Source: Kudoa neothunni
Taxonomy: Eukaryota > Animalia > Cnidaria
Direction of reading: 5' to 3'
Assembly: GCA_964304625.1 (NCBI GenBank)
Contig: OZ199838.1
Coordinates: 3,210,656-3,274,655, forward strand
DNA: 64,000 bases
In this document: piece after piece, positions 40,967 to 54,863 of the stretch
Layout: every line of letters begins with the position of its first letter
Numbering within the stretch: position 1 is the stretch's first letter
Notes under the pieces: model-generated
What the model saw: only the letters and a program-made list of their open reading frames with translations
What the model was told of the DNA's origin: nothing
The model's database searches: none
Position numbers and translations under genes: made by a program

Positions 40967-41886
40967 AAATAGACTCATGCTTTTTAAGACTAAAATTTTG
41001 TCTATAATCGACGAAATTATAAATTTTAGTAGGAATTAATATGTTCACTATTTTTCTCTAATCATATAATTGAATTATGTGGTGGAAAATGAAAATTGTG
41101 AGATAAATTAAAAGTAAGAGAATCGTATAGCATCAATTTTTGTAAAATGAATTTATTTGTCCTCCCCCAAAATTCTATTATAAAAATTATCACTAAATCA
41201 AAGAATAAATGGGGGCTAGTACTCTTTTTGAAATACAACTTACCTCATTTTTCGATAAAATTATTGTGATAATCAAGAAGAAAGGGGGTTGGAAAAAGTT
41301 AATTTTATAATAATATAGAATAAAAATTGAATTTTTCGCATTCTTTTATTTTGGACCTTTATCTAAAAGGCCAAACTAGTACAAATATATAGGAAATAAA
41401 AATAATTCAATTTTGTCAAGGTTTAAATTATATTTGTATACTTAAACTTAATTTAGTGATCATTTTGTATAAAATTTGACTTAAATTCCTAAACTGCAAA
41501 GATACAAGAGTCATTTCAGTTATAATTAAAACAGGCATTTAATAAGCAAAATATTAATTATTCAATGGGGGATTTTATGATACACATTGATTCTTTAATG
41601 TTAATGCATTGATCGAACAATTCATCTCATATTTAATTACTGAATGGTTTACTCTACTCATTGTTATTAGTTTTGTTGTTATTATCACATCATACTTAAC
41701 TAGTACAATAAACTCATAATTTCCAAAGATTATTTAAGCAAAAATTATATCGTTAATTTCCTATTCAACTACTCTTTAATAATTAAATATTATAATATTA
41801 TTTACATAATAAACTTAAATATAATTGAATAAACCTATTTAAATAAGTGTATCGACAACTTCCGTGAGTAAATTAAACCAGCTACG

Positions 41887-44779
41887 ATGCAACCATTACC
41901 TCACATTTTTGGAATATGTTTAGTCATTTTATGTAACTACAGGCGTAATTCTAATTGTTACGTAACCAAATTTAGCAAAATGTATTTTACTAAATGGAGA
42001 AGTTCCTGCAAGTCCTGCAGCTCCTGTCCCTGCAACACCTCAAAAAACTCTCAGCTACATTATCGTCAAAGAAAATAGTGAAAATAAGGTTAAAATAACT
42101 CTGAATGGCAATGATTTTGCTTCAAAAAAATGTAACATCCAAAAGTCCGCTAAAACTGACGAAAGTTACGAAGAAATGTATACATGCTCTGGAGATAGTG
42201 GTATTACTGTCTCTGGAAAATGCTATAAAACCTGTCCAACTGATGATAAACTGACCTTTACTCAATTTTCACCAAGGACCAAGTATGTAGCGGTTTTTAC
42301 AGGTGTTGGGGTTGTTTCTGATAGTACCTTTACGAAAGATCAAGGTGGAACAGTTTTTGGGCTCGAACTACGTATATAATTAATTATAATTATATTTATA
42401 TAATATAATATTAGGTTTATTGGTTAATCCGCAAGTAACGATATCAACTACAACTGGAATGAAATTAAAATTATGCTCTATCACCTGGAATCAAGTCGCA
42501 TGTCCCATAGTTTACAAAGGTGTACAATACGCAGGAGGAACTGCTGGAACTAGTTGCACTACTGCAAGTACTACTAACGACGAGGTGGATTTCGATTTGA
42601 TGTTACCTCATTATGAAATGAGATGTGTGCATTATCCCAGTTTTTTTTATAAACTGCAAAACAATTATACGTTAAATAATACGGACGTTTATCAACCCCA
42701 ATATTATGTGAAATTCAATGACACTGGTAAGACCAAATACTTAATAAAGTTCACAAATAAGTTTCCTTTTGAAATATGCCGTTTCAGTATTAAAGAAGAG
42801 TCTAATCCTGTTACATCGTCTACATCCAATGAGTATACTTCAAATTGCGGCGTAACAAATAAAGATTGTTATGCTCCTTGTAATGACGTAGAATTAAATT
42901 TTGAGGCCTCAAAAGTCCTTGTTGAAGTCATGATTCAAACGAGACATTTCTCTTTAGCAAAAAGTGGTGAAAAATACCTTGGTTATATACAAAAGAAATT
43001 TGGTAATAAATCATTATTCGTGCTTTTAAATAATCGTTGTTTAGTCGTGACTGAGACTTCTACTGCTGAAGGGACATTATTGTCTACCTACAAAAATAAC
43101 GGTGTCACTATAAATGGCTTATTATTTAAACCAGATGGCGATACTAAATTTGGAAGTTGCACGGTGACGCATTATGCAGCAGACAAACCGACTCCTAATG
43201 ACGGAGTGCAAGCCAAATGTGGAAATGCTGATACTAACTGTAACCAATGTCCATCAGTTTTAACAATAACAGAATTATCTCCTGGGAAGCCATACATACT
43301 CCTTATTGCAGCTGATACCACAAATAATGTACCGGCTAATTTTAAGGAGAAAATATTCTTTAGAACAGGTAAACAGTTTTAGTATTAAATTTGTTGTAAA
43401 ATATCTTAAGAAAATGATGGTACAACAACATTTTCTTCCGAGAAACCAACGTTAGGAGAGACAACGGCCTCAATCACAGCCTTCTCTCCAGCTGGAGAAT
43501 TGACAACAAGTGACATTACATGCGCCTATTATATTAGTCCGCGCGGAAAGGATGTATATGTTTGTGCTATGTGCATCGACAGCTACCCATGTCGAGGCTT
43601 TTGCAAGGAAACTCAGAATATTGTTGGGTTGAAGCCGGGTACTGAGTACGACCTTAAGGTTGTTGCACATAAAAATAATGGATTCAAAGTACATCAAATT
43701 ACAACAGGTATATTAGCTAAGATATATGGAATGATTCAATTTATAGTAAAATCAACGTTCACACTTACACAGGAATTTGTTGAAAAAGGTTTCAAAATAG
43801 GAGCCACATTGTCTACTCCTGATACTGAGGCTAAATGCCATTACAAAGTGCAAGTTAAGAAAGGAGAACGATATGTGTTAATTCACGAATGCCCACAAGC
43901 ACCAATTTCTCAAAAAGCGACTGGAACCCCCGCCAAAAAATCAAATCTTTCTAAAATTACGGTTGCTAGATCAGCAGCTGATTCAACTACCCTTCGACCC
44001 AGGAAAACTATCTCAAAAGTGCCCACCTATTGCACTGAGCCTCCGTCATGTTCAGAGATATTATTCACCACTAATTATGATCGTTCAAAGAAATATCGTG
44101 TAGTGGTGACTACGGTAGGAGCAGTGGAAGCACATATTGAAATTCCGGAGAGTACAATTTTTGATTTTAATAAAATAAAATTTTGATTATAATATAATTA
44201 TTCTAATTAGATACCCTACCAAAAAGCGAAGATATAACAAAACAAATTATTATAAGTATTGAACGTGATGGAAACAAATTAAAGGTTACATCAGTATTAC
44301 CACAGGAGGTCGCTGAAAGCATTTGTGGATGGGAATTAAGAGATACAACAAATTCTGAGAATGTTTTGGTCAAATCATGCAATGGAGAAAACGATGGAGC
44401 TTGCGCAACCTTTCCTAAATGCAAGGAATTTGAAATCACAAATGTTGAGGATACAAACGATTACCAACTAACAGTTTATGTTAGCAATGCCCCATCAATC
44501 AATGGAAATAGCCTAATTAAGAAAGGTAAATGTGTTTGACGCTCCAATTAATAAATTTGTCTTAGGAGAAAGTTATGACACAATGAAATCAACGTAACTT
44601 AGTATATTTAATTTTTATCACTTATAACATTTATTTAGATCAAAAAAATACCATGTAAAATTAATCTTGTTTATGTATTTATAACTCTTTAATATTATAG
44701 AATAATAATAGTCGCAGCCGCTGTAGGTGTTGTTGTTCTAGCGGCTGTCGTTGTGGTTTTCATAAAGAAAAGGAATTAG
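41887..44779 (+). CDS. Uncharacterised type-I membrane protein with ~7 Cys-containing FN3-like modules (copy 1)
   Basis: Spliced signal peptide MQPLPHIFGICLVILSKCILLNG. FN3-like strands TQFSPRTKYVAV, TELSPGKPYILLIAA and VGLKPGTEYDLKVVA. TM IIIIVAAAVGVVVLAAVVVVFI followed by KKRN*. One extra A in the micro-exon (44639-44654) relative to copy 2. Confidence 0.8.
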
Positions 44780-45429
44780 CCAACTATTTATTATTTAATA
44801 ACAGATTAGACTTGTTGATTAGTAGATTATTTTAATTACTCATTTTTTAAATTTTTATTTCCGTTTCTATCGGAATATTCTTAAAATTTTCAATGTTAGT
44901 ACAATTAATATAGATAATTTTTACTTAATTGACTTATCTAGCTATTTATGCTTATCGTAATATTACATATTTTATTTGTTGTCAAATCTTTTTGAGTTAT
45001 TAAGTATAACAATTATTTTCGTTCATTAAAATTTTAAAAATGTTATAGAGAACCATTATGTTCGTAATAATACAAAATACGGATAGAAAAATCTCAGCAT
45101 TAAAGTAACACTTTTACATAATTTGACGCTCAAACAAATTTTGTTATCAGCCATTGAATATAATAAAGGTAATAAATATTAATTTAAAATCTTTAATATT
45201 GTTTTCATCCATTACTAAATAAGGTCAAAATGTATAATAGTGGCCACATTTTCCGATTAAAGGTTATAATTGGTTCGTAGATTAATCCTGAATTTTTTAA
45301 ACACATTGGCATGAAATATGTTGATCACTTAATGGTGGAAATGAGTGGATTAATTACAATAAAATATTTTTGATCCTAACGTTATGCATTTGATACAATG
45401 TAACACCTAATGCTTGCAGATAAGATAAT

Positions 45430-48400
45430 GGTAATGTATGTGACTCCAGAAAAACACCATATTCCGCGCGTTTTTTTCTTTTACGATTATCAACAATAAA
45501 TTAAAAGAATACGGAGTGAAAATATTGAGCTCAAATTAATTACTTCTAAATTTTTGCCTAATTCTTATTCGGAAACACTCGTAATCTACATCGTTTGCAA
45601 TAAACACCGGAAAATAGCTTATTATTTGCATATTTTATCCTGATTAATACATTATAACCATAATTTATAATTTTCTTAATCTTTAAATACCAAATTTAGC
45701 ATAGTAAACCTTCTAAATAAGCTTATCTAATATTAAGAAATATTGTGTCATCTATCTTTATTTCTAAATGTCAAATTAACTTTTAAAACGTTTATTCACA
45801 TCTATAATTGCTTATTTTAGTTTATAAATTTTTATTTGTACATTGTTATGAGTGAAAAAATTTTTATACACCAATTACTCGCGAAATTGGAACTGACAAT
45901 AATTATATTAATCGAATATTGATATTTTTGGCTACAAAATTGAAGAAAGACATTAATAAAAAATATTTTAGTATGTATTTAGTTTATTTTTTATGTCAAC
46001 ATTATTCTTTGAAACAACTACTATGTTATGAACACGCAGTTGAAGTGTTATTCAATATATTGAACTATCGAATTTATTCATTTAAAATAAATTAGAATTA
46101 ACCTGATTTATTTTCACTCGAAAAATTTAACCCAAAAAATTTATTATTTATATATTTAACTTCTAAGATAAAATTTCTAATTATACGTCCTCTGACATTT
46201 ATTACATTAAATACAACAAATAAAAACACATTTATATAGTGTGATAGACTTATTAATAATTACATTAGTATAGTAATATAATTTTTGTTAGTATATTATT
46301 TAAAAGTTGAAATTTTTCTCCCGTAATTGATCGAAACCATTCTTCGCACAAATATTCGGGAAAATTATTGAATGAAACACCCCGTTTAATTCGGGAAAAC
46401 CTTGTTTTAATTCTCCCCCAACAAGCTTCTATGGTGTTTGTATGGGCACCGTCCCTGACATATTCAATTGAATGATTAATTTTTGGCAGTGTCTATTTTG
46501 CCGGACGCGCTTTTTCTCTTAAAATAATAATTCAATCGCTACAATTTTTTCCTAAAAATATCTTTTATAAATGCAGAATATAAATTTAGTTTCATTAATT
46601 CAGTGACGAATTTTAACATAGCTAATTTGTATCCATAATATCCAAATGAAAATACAGTAAAGTAAAACTATTTGGCCAATTCGTATTTAAAATTTTTATA
46701 ATTAGGTAAATGTTTTTATCAGATGATTGATACACCACTAAAATTTAATAAAATGCTGAGTATTCTACTTTAAATAATAAATGTTTGAAATTTTCTTGTA
46801 TTGCAACGCCAAATAATTGTGACTGTTTAACTTCCACATAAAATTATATTTGAATATAATATATCGATACTGGTGTTGTTATTATTACTACTATCATCAT
46901 TACCATAATCATAATTTTCTTTTTTTTCTTAAACCAATAACTGTTTGAAATACACCTTTTGGTCTACCTCTCAATTTCACTACTGTTGGCAGCTTAATTC
47001 CTATAATTTTATGAATTTAGCAAAATGGACAAAAGATACACACCCTTCAAAGATGGATTTTTAGTTGTGGTATCATCTACAATATTCGGGATCTCCATAT
47101 CAATTATTGATGATGGAACATTATCATTAACTGCTTCTAGTATATCCTCATTCTCTAATCGTGATTCCTCAGTAACTAAACACGAAATAAAAATTCTACT
47201 AAAGACAATATCATTAATTACATGTTGGGATTGAAATCTCTTGATTGTTTATGATGACAGATTCAGACATTAACTTGAACTAAATTAAGTTGATATATGA
47301 ATAGTGGAAAAAATAGTCACCTTATCCAGAGAATCCCCATTGGAAATAAGAGAGATTAATTCACCTAAAATCTTTTTTAATGAATCATATTGACTCCCTG
47401 TTTTTTCAGACCCTAGCGAAGCTATTTTCTTACAAAGAATTTCTAGCTCCCTGTATCGCTTTAAAGCAGAATTCGGAACAGGGCACTGACTCGAAATTTC
47501 TGTAATACTTGGTTGCACACAACACGAAGGATTTTGAAGATATAAATTCATGTTCATTATTTTTCTAGCGTAAATAATATGCCTACATGGTAACTCCATA
47601 CTTACGTAGAAACAACATGTACAACTATTGGGATCAGGATTGGCATAGGATTCGATATGATTATTTATTTCATCTTGCATAATATTATACGCATATGAAG
47701 TCAACAATGTTTTATATTGTTCGTTAATGTCTGAATTTAATTTCTCAACAGTTTGGGTTGTCCACTCTCTAACTGCTTTATTCTCACGCTCAGTCCTCAT
47801 ACTTGATAAATAAATAAGCAGATCGCTGAAAAAGACTTCAATTGTTGAGAATTTTTTTATGATTTGTTTAATTTTGGAATTTATGCATTCTAATCGATTA
47901 TTTGTTCTATTTAAAAAAGTACCCTTTAGGTTCATGTATGCCGGGCACCATTCATGTTTGATTGGATCCCAAGATTTATTATAATAAGTAATGATTTTTT
48001 GTTACATGTATTATTTAACAATTCATGGTAATTTTCATAAATTTTTGGATCATTGGTATAGCAAAGCTTTTGAATCAACTCTAAGGCAGTTTTTCTTTCG
48101 GCTTTGTTTATTCCCATTCTTAATGTAGAGATTTCTCTCCCAAATGTTCTTAAGACATGGTACAGGCATAAGTTTGTACTTACGTTAGGAAATATAGATC
48201 TTATAGAGTTTCTTTCAATCATGTCTTTATCCGTAATGAAACAAACTGTTTTGGTTGACATTTCCTCGTTATGTTTAAGTAGAGATTGACATAACCAGGT
48301 AACAGTCACGGTACTCTCCTCAGATAAAAGAGCAATAGCTCCTATTTGACTTTGCCCAAAGGAATCGATAAACAGACATATATACAATGGCATACGATTA

Positions 48401-50904
48401 TTGATTAATTTATAAGTGGCATCCATAAATACTAGTTCGGGAAATTTTTTAATAACGTTTTTCATATAAAGGTCTTGGAAAAATATTCCAGTCATTTCAT
48501 TGGAGTTATTGTACAATATTTCGATAGTTGCATTTGGGTGAGAATTTTTTATTGAATTAAACAATTCCGAAATATCTGACGAAACATTTTTTTTCAGTGT
48601 TTGGATATAATTATGGATTTGCTTCAACGAAACCTTTTTTTGTGATTGGTTCATGATTTCTACTTGTACTCTTTTTAAATTTCCATCATAAAAATGAACA
48701 TTTTTTATAAGATCCTTGCTTTCTTCATCTAATTTTCTATTCATCGGTAAAAAATCCCTAAAATGCTCATTTCTGTTGCAGCTGTGAGTAAGATCCAATT
48801 TTCCAATAACTAACATATTCATGTTTTTAGGAACTCGCAGTGTAATGAAGAAATTGCAACCACTTTTATGGTTGTTGATTTTTTCTCCTTCCCAGCACTT
48901 TTAGATTGTATCTGAATTCAAATTAATTACATCAATTTTTATATAGATAATTACATTTTTACCACCATGAACACAACAAAAAGTGGCTTCATAATAAACA
49001 AGATCAGAGTTCATGTCTCTATCAAATTTTTTTAGGGCAGTTGAGATTTTTCTAGAGTCTTGGATCCAGTAACAAAAGTTGTTCCGCTTTGAGTACTTAT
49101 CCATGAATTCTTTAGCCTTTTCAAAGTTTGTAAATGCATTTCCGACCATAGGTTCAGATGTAATATCCTGAATTAGTAGTGTTTGATCAGACTCTCCTTC
49201 CATAATGATTCTACTCGCGACCATCAATGTTTTAACCGTACTCAAGAAGGTATTTTACTCGTTTATGGTTCTGTAACACATTAAATTAGATTAATTACGA
49301 AAATAATATAGATTTATAAAAAATTTAATGTCATTTATAATGAAACTTATGAATGAGTTTAAAATATCCTCAATGTATTTTGATACCTAATTATTAATTA
49401 AAAGATAAATGAAACTAAATTTATATTCTGCATTTATAAAAGATATTTTTAGGAAAAAATTGTAGCGATTGAATTATTATTTTAAGAGAAAAAGCGCGTC
49501 CGGCAAAATAGACACAGCCTTAATTTTTATGACTGTAGCCAAGTGAATTCAGGTTACTATAGGCTCTCCATTCATCACTACAAATGGCAGATTCTTTAAG
49601 AAACTCATTTTGGATGATTGGAATAAGAGTTCCACGGTCTCTTTTCTGAACGTAGAAATAACGGACTTTCATGAGTTGCCTTTTCCCATCGTCACATATC
49701 TTGCAAAGACAAAGTCCGAAAACCCAAGGGCGTCTACACGATCTCCGTATCTCTCCCGTCTCTTTCTCGTGTCTCCTATATTCATTTAAGAGGCAAAATA
49801 CTGTGATAAATAACCATCAATAGTTTCATCCGAAAATTCGACCTCGGATGGCGAATATTCGCTACCACTTATATCATCATTTCCTGTTGCATTATAAATA
49901 TAGTCAGTGGAAGTGGCAAGAATCTGAGTTGATAGAAATTACTACTCGGTACAATAAATTCAATATCTGATGAAACTTTCCACTTGTCCCCTTTTAAGTA
50001 TCTCCCCCGATTATTCTTCCTCTTGCTGTGGAGAAGAGTCTCATCAATTTCAATGACGTAATCTTCTCCACCAAAGTTTTGCTGCCCCTCAAAATTCGAT
50101 ATGCATATTTTTCTAATCTTGTGAAACCATGAAGAAGTGGTAGGTTTGGAAATATTCATCATCTTACAGGTCGACATGATGGTATTGTCCATCGACTAGT
50201 AATAGAGTATTTTAAATATTTTTTTTGCAGTTAATTTTGTTGTTGAGGTAACGGAACCCATAGAGAAAAACATACCATTTCGAGGGGGGACGCTAGTTTT
50301 GCATCTTAATTACATTAAGTCGTTATTTCACAAAAGATAAGTACTTTTTACAGTTGTAAGTGAAGGAGTAATCAATGTTGTTTCTATCGTAACACGAAGT
50401 ATCGGTCATTGGTCTCCTTATATTTATTTTTCTCTTTTTTAAAACGAAAGTTTTATAATTCCAACACTTAAAACATCTTTCTAGGGCAGCTTTTAGATAG
50501 CCCTTTGATAATGTGTAAAAAAAAACTATCATGGTCATTAATTAAGCAAAAAAATTATCGTCCCCTCTAAAACTTAAAAGCTCCATTATAGCCGTTTCCA
50601 CGTGACAAATAAACGCAGGAAAATTTAATACCGTTGCTAATAAAAATAATATAAAATATAAATTTTTGATAATTAATGAAATAAGCAAATAATAAGCTAT
50701 TTTCCGGTGTTGATTGCAAAACGATGTAGATGGCACGCCTATCCAACTGTGGCCGAATAGGAATTAGGAAAAAATTTATAAGTAATTAATTTGAGCTCAA
50801 TATTTGCACTCGGTATTCTTTTAATTTATTATTGATAATCGTAAAAGAAAAAACGAGAAAAAACGTGCGGAAGATAGTGTTTTTCTGGAGTCACATACTT
50901 TACC
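45430..50904 (-). mobile_element. Merlin element with ~145-bp TIRs, interrupted by a MULE
   Basis: 45430-45572 is an inverted match to 50753-50904, with GG..CC ends. TSD GCAGATAAT (the left copy has a GATAA slippage). Transposase motifs FGGEDYVIEIDET, KRKNNRGR and GAHTNTIEACWG. Confidence 0.85.
46485..49519 (-). mobile_element. MULE/SWIM (ZSWIM3/FAR1-like) transposon
   Basis: Near-perfect ~120-bp TIRs and exact 9-bp TSD TTAATTTTT. ORFs 48901-49245, 47932-48822 and 47285-47935 contain VFMDATYK, ITDKD, LCLYHV, NRTNNRLE and SWIM CTC..LPCRH. Confidence 0.93.
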
Positions 50905-52561
50905 GCAGATAATATTGATTTCTTATTCTTATAGATATAGAATTAATAATAGGCAATCGCTAATGACGAAATATGACAATAAATAAAAAATCATAGTTGT
51001 CACACTCAAATTTTAGGATAAAACAAAGCATGCTTTACTCCATCGATTAAATCATATATCCTGTGGAAATAACTGCGAGGGGCTAGCAGTTATTTAAAGG
51101 ATATATTACAAAAATTATTATCGATAACAAATACAGTGCCGAAAATAACCTACTGGTGGTGAAACAATGATAAATACAAAAAATTGGAATAATCAGCAGG
51201 TTCGATTTTTATCGTGGTCGCTGATTTGGATTACGGCGACTATCCTACATTTTAACCCTAAAACGTGGTTATTGGATATAGTTCTGGAGGAATTATGGGT
51301 AAACTGTCGAATTAACTGTTATCCAAATAAATTATAATCAAATCCTAATAAGATTACATTCATTTACTAGATAATTTTAAATAATTAAATTACTCAACTC
51401 GTAAAATTATTGAATAACATGTACTGCTGCTCAAAGAAACAGTTGTTTAAAGTCAGTTCCCAGTATATTTATCATTCAATTTGAAGATTTCTTTTTGATG
51501 ATATAAATAAAAAAATTTTTTGTTATATTGTGATTTGATGGAAATTTTAAATGATAATAAAATCAAAAATGTGTATCATCAACATATTTTTATTTCTAGG
51601 TATTGATAAAGATAAATAATCTATTGTGGTTTATCTGACTTTTTTGGATTCAATGCACAGATTAAACTATATATGTATATATATAGTTCTCTTTGTGTTG
51701 TATCTCCATTTTATGATGATTAAGACGTTTTCCCTGATTATGTGTTAAATTTATAAACAAATTTGTATAAAATTACTAGTGGACCTTTTACAATCCTTCT
51801 AGCTCATTTGAAGAACAGTAATATTTAGCAAATATATATAAACATGGTTAAATGCTCCTAACTCTGTATACGCTATCAATTACGTTCATGTTTTAAGGTT
51901 ATTAAAGAGTTTTAAATAGAAATTTTTTCAGTTTATAATGATCGATATGTTAAAATGACATTCTAAACAATTATTAGCTTTGAAAATTTATTGTAATTAT
52001 TTGTGTCACAAATAATTATAACTCAAACGTCAAGTTTGTAAACCAAAGTAAAAACAATATTTATGCAACTGAACATATTTTAAAAATAGAAATTCATGAA
52101 CTATTTTTAATTTTTTTTATAGACAATTAGTAATCAAACATTAAGAAATCTTTTTACCTACAAATTAAAAATTTAACATGTTAGGGATTTACAATTACAC
52201 AATTATAGGATTAGTTATCTAAAAAAAATGTATACATAATGTATGAACAACTCGCACCATTGACTTACCTTTCTGAACACAGCATTATTGCCAATAAAGA
52301 AGTCAATGTACATGAACCATTTTCCGTGTTATTTTATTGTGTCACTGTGAAATCATCGTTGGAATTATTAGGCCTTTTATATATGGATTTAAAAAGGAAA
52401 TGATCGGACGAATTTAAAAATATTTTTTCACTTTCACGACCTAATATAGCGGATATTAATGCTTACATTGGATAATTTTTGCTTCGATATTGGGAGATTC
52501 AAGTTTATTGCCAGCGAAACTAAACGAACATTCAAAAAAAAAAGCATGGAGATTAAATATA

Positions 52562-53784
52562 CAGTATTTCACGATCAAGATGCAAAAATAGTAAACCAAC
52601 AAATTTTATAGTTAAATAATAGTTTTTGTATTAATTGTTAATGGGGTTCTTAAGCAGTGATGCTGAAAAGTAAGATTTTGAATGTCTCACATAGCTTTGA
52701 CAACTGGGTTTCGGTTATTTGGGTCGGACTATTTTCCATACATTCAATCAGCTCATCATGTGTTTTTGGTGCCATCCTTTTAACAATTGATTTCAGTTGC
52801 CCGAAAACTTCTCCAGTTGGGTTAAGGAAAGTTGAATACGGCGGTAGTAGTAAGAGCTTATGAGGACTGCTTTCTATCAAATTTCGAACACTCTCAGTCT
52901 TATGGAAAGCTACGTTATCCATAACCAAAATAGCTTTATCGACAGAATTCGCCTCCAAATTTGCAAAAAGATCTTCTAGAAATGACGAAAACACAGCTGG
53001 TTCACGCCCCCCTTGTGAATTTTAAAATTCAAAATTTTTTTGTCACCCATCGCCGCTATTAATGATATGTTTTGAGATCGGATGTATTTGACCTTTAAAT
53101 TTGTTCTCGTCCCAGAAAGGGATCTACCTTGGGAACGACGGGTTGATAGGGAAAATCCTGATTCATCGATATACAATATTTCCGAATACCTAGGTTCCAA
53201 TCTTATGAATTCGTTTACATAACTAAGAAATATTAGATAAAATATATAGATCAATACATCACTCGAATCGTAATGAAACTCTTTCAGAACTCTATTAATA
53301 GTTTGACGAGAAGCGCGAATAGAAAATTTTTGAAAGAGCTTCTCTGATAACTGATTGAATGTCAGCGTAAAGTTATCATCTACCTCTGTAAGTAAAAATT
53401 GTTTGTGCACTTCACTCAACATTCAGCGGCGATCTCCTCCAGTTGCCAACCTTTTGAACGAGCCGGTGTCATTGAATCTCTTCACTATTCTACTTACTGT
53501 AGATTCGGGAATGTTTAATGACTCTGAAATTTGACGATTCGTCTTTCCAATCTTAATTATTTTAATAATCATTTAAAATTTGTGCTCACTTCGACATGGT
53601 GAGCAATTTTAGCCCTATTTTTATTTTTGGCACTAACAATCTCGTATTTTCTCTTAATAGAATTATTATTTTCAATTTGCTCAGGCATGCTTTTATGGTC
53701 TTAACTGGAGGAAAACGTGAAAATGCGCGTGCAATTTGCATCTTGAACGATTGAACATGTTTGCAACTTGATCGTGAAATACTG
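52562..53784 (-). mobile_element. Tc1/IS630 element, degenerate
   Basis: TA|CAGTATTTCACGATCAAG ... CTTGATCGTGAAATACTG|TA. Motifs YIDESGF, VMDNVAFH, LPPYSTFLNP. Empty TA site in copy 1 (~39105). Confidence 0.93.
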
Positions 53785-54863
53785 TATAAGAACATGATTT
53801 TTACTAAGTTTGTTAAAACCAAGCTAAATATGATGAAAAGTGTACCCTACTCATTTTAAACTTTATTTTATTAACGAAAATATATTTAAAAAATATGAAG
53901 TTTCATATTTAATTACAAGACAGGGGAAGTACATAACATTGACAAAACTCTCGTGAAACCTGTGGCGTTGAAAATTTGAAGATAACCCAAAGTCATTTTA
54001 CGGAAATCTTAAAAAAATGAGTTACTTAAAGTTTCCATGTCAAATAATACTGCAAATCCAATAAAAATTTTGTCCTCAACTGGACGAGAACGACTGTTTT
54101 TCGAATATAAGCCTGCCAATTGTATTAGTTCACCTTTTAAAAATGATGTCATCCCTGGTGAACTATTATTCCTTATATCACTAGAAAAACAATTAAATTT
54201 GTGAATTTTTTTAAAGCCACCAACCTTTCGTGAGATATAATTTTAGTTATTTGCGTTGACGGAACCTCATCTATTTTGCTAATATGAAATTCTGGTCTTT
54301 CTGCACTTGTGAAATGAATTTTTCTTAGTTTACTGTTACACATTTTATTCTATGTAAGTAGGGGCCGATAGAAAAGAATATACCACAAAGATTGGAAAAT
54401 TCCAAAAAATTGTGATTAAATGTGTTAATTACGTGAGCGGAAGTGTTATTAACTACCTTTATTATATAAACTATGTTATGTAATAGGTTCTAAATTTTAA
54501 ACGCACTTATATAATTTTAATATACAGTGGCTATATCGTGGAAGCGTTAAATCATTTTTTGCAATGAAAACGGAGTTAGCGATTGTGTTGTGAAAGTACA
54601 ATCATCGCAATGCGAAACACTTCGAGAAGATCGATTTTTTTTCTTATTTTAATGTACGTAACTAGTATTTATGTTTCCTCGATTATCTAAATTATAATGA
54701 ACAAGGAGACAGAGTGACATAATCGTCGATAAAGACTGAAAGTATCAAATAAAATTCTTTATGAAAGCTACGGATGGTGATTGACAGTTATACAATCATT
54801 GTACTAATAAGAGATGTATGCAATGCTTCCGATAATCCGCGAACTAAACTCATATTCATACTA

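Larger units (their letters stand above)
37799..45222 (+). repeat. Segmental duplication, copy 1 (paralogous to ~51258-62105)
   Basis: Collinear match from TAAAACGTGGTTATTGGATATAG to CCATTACTAAATAA. Confidence 0.95.

Noticed and set aside
41887-42078. 63-aa Cys-rich secreted peptide ORF (also at 58736-58927)
   Set aside because: It arises by reading through intron 41933-41975 into the wrong frame. Splicing gives a better signal peptide and a long open frame.
42625-42660. Possible extra phase-1 intron between modules 2 and 3
   Set aside because: There is a GT and a T-rich tract but no suitably placed AG, and the frame is open in both copies. Left as coding.
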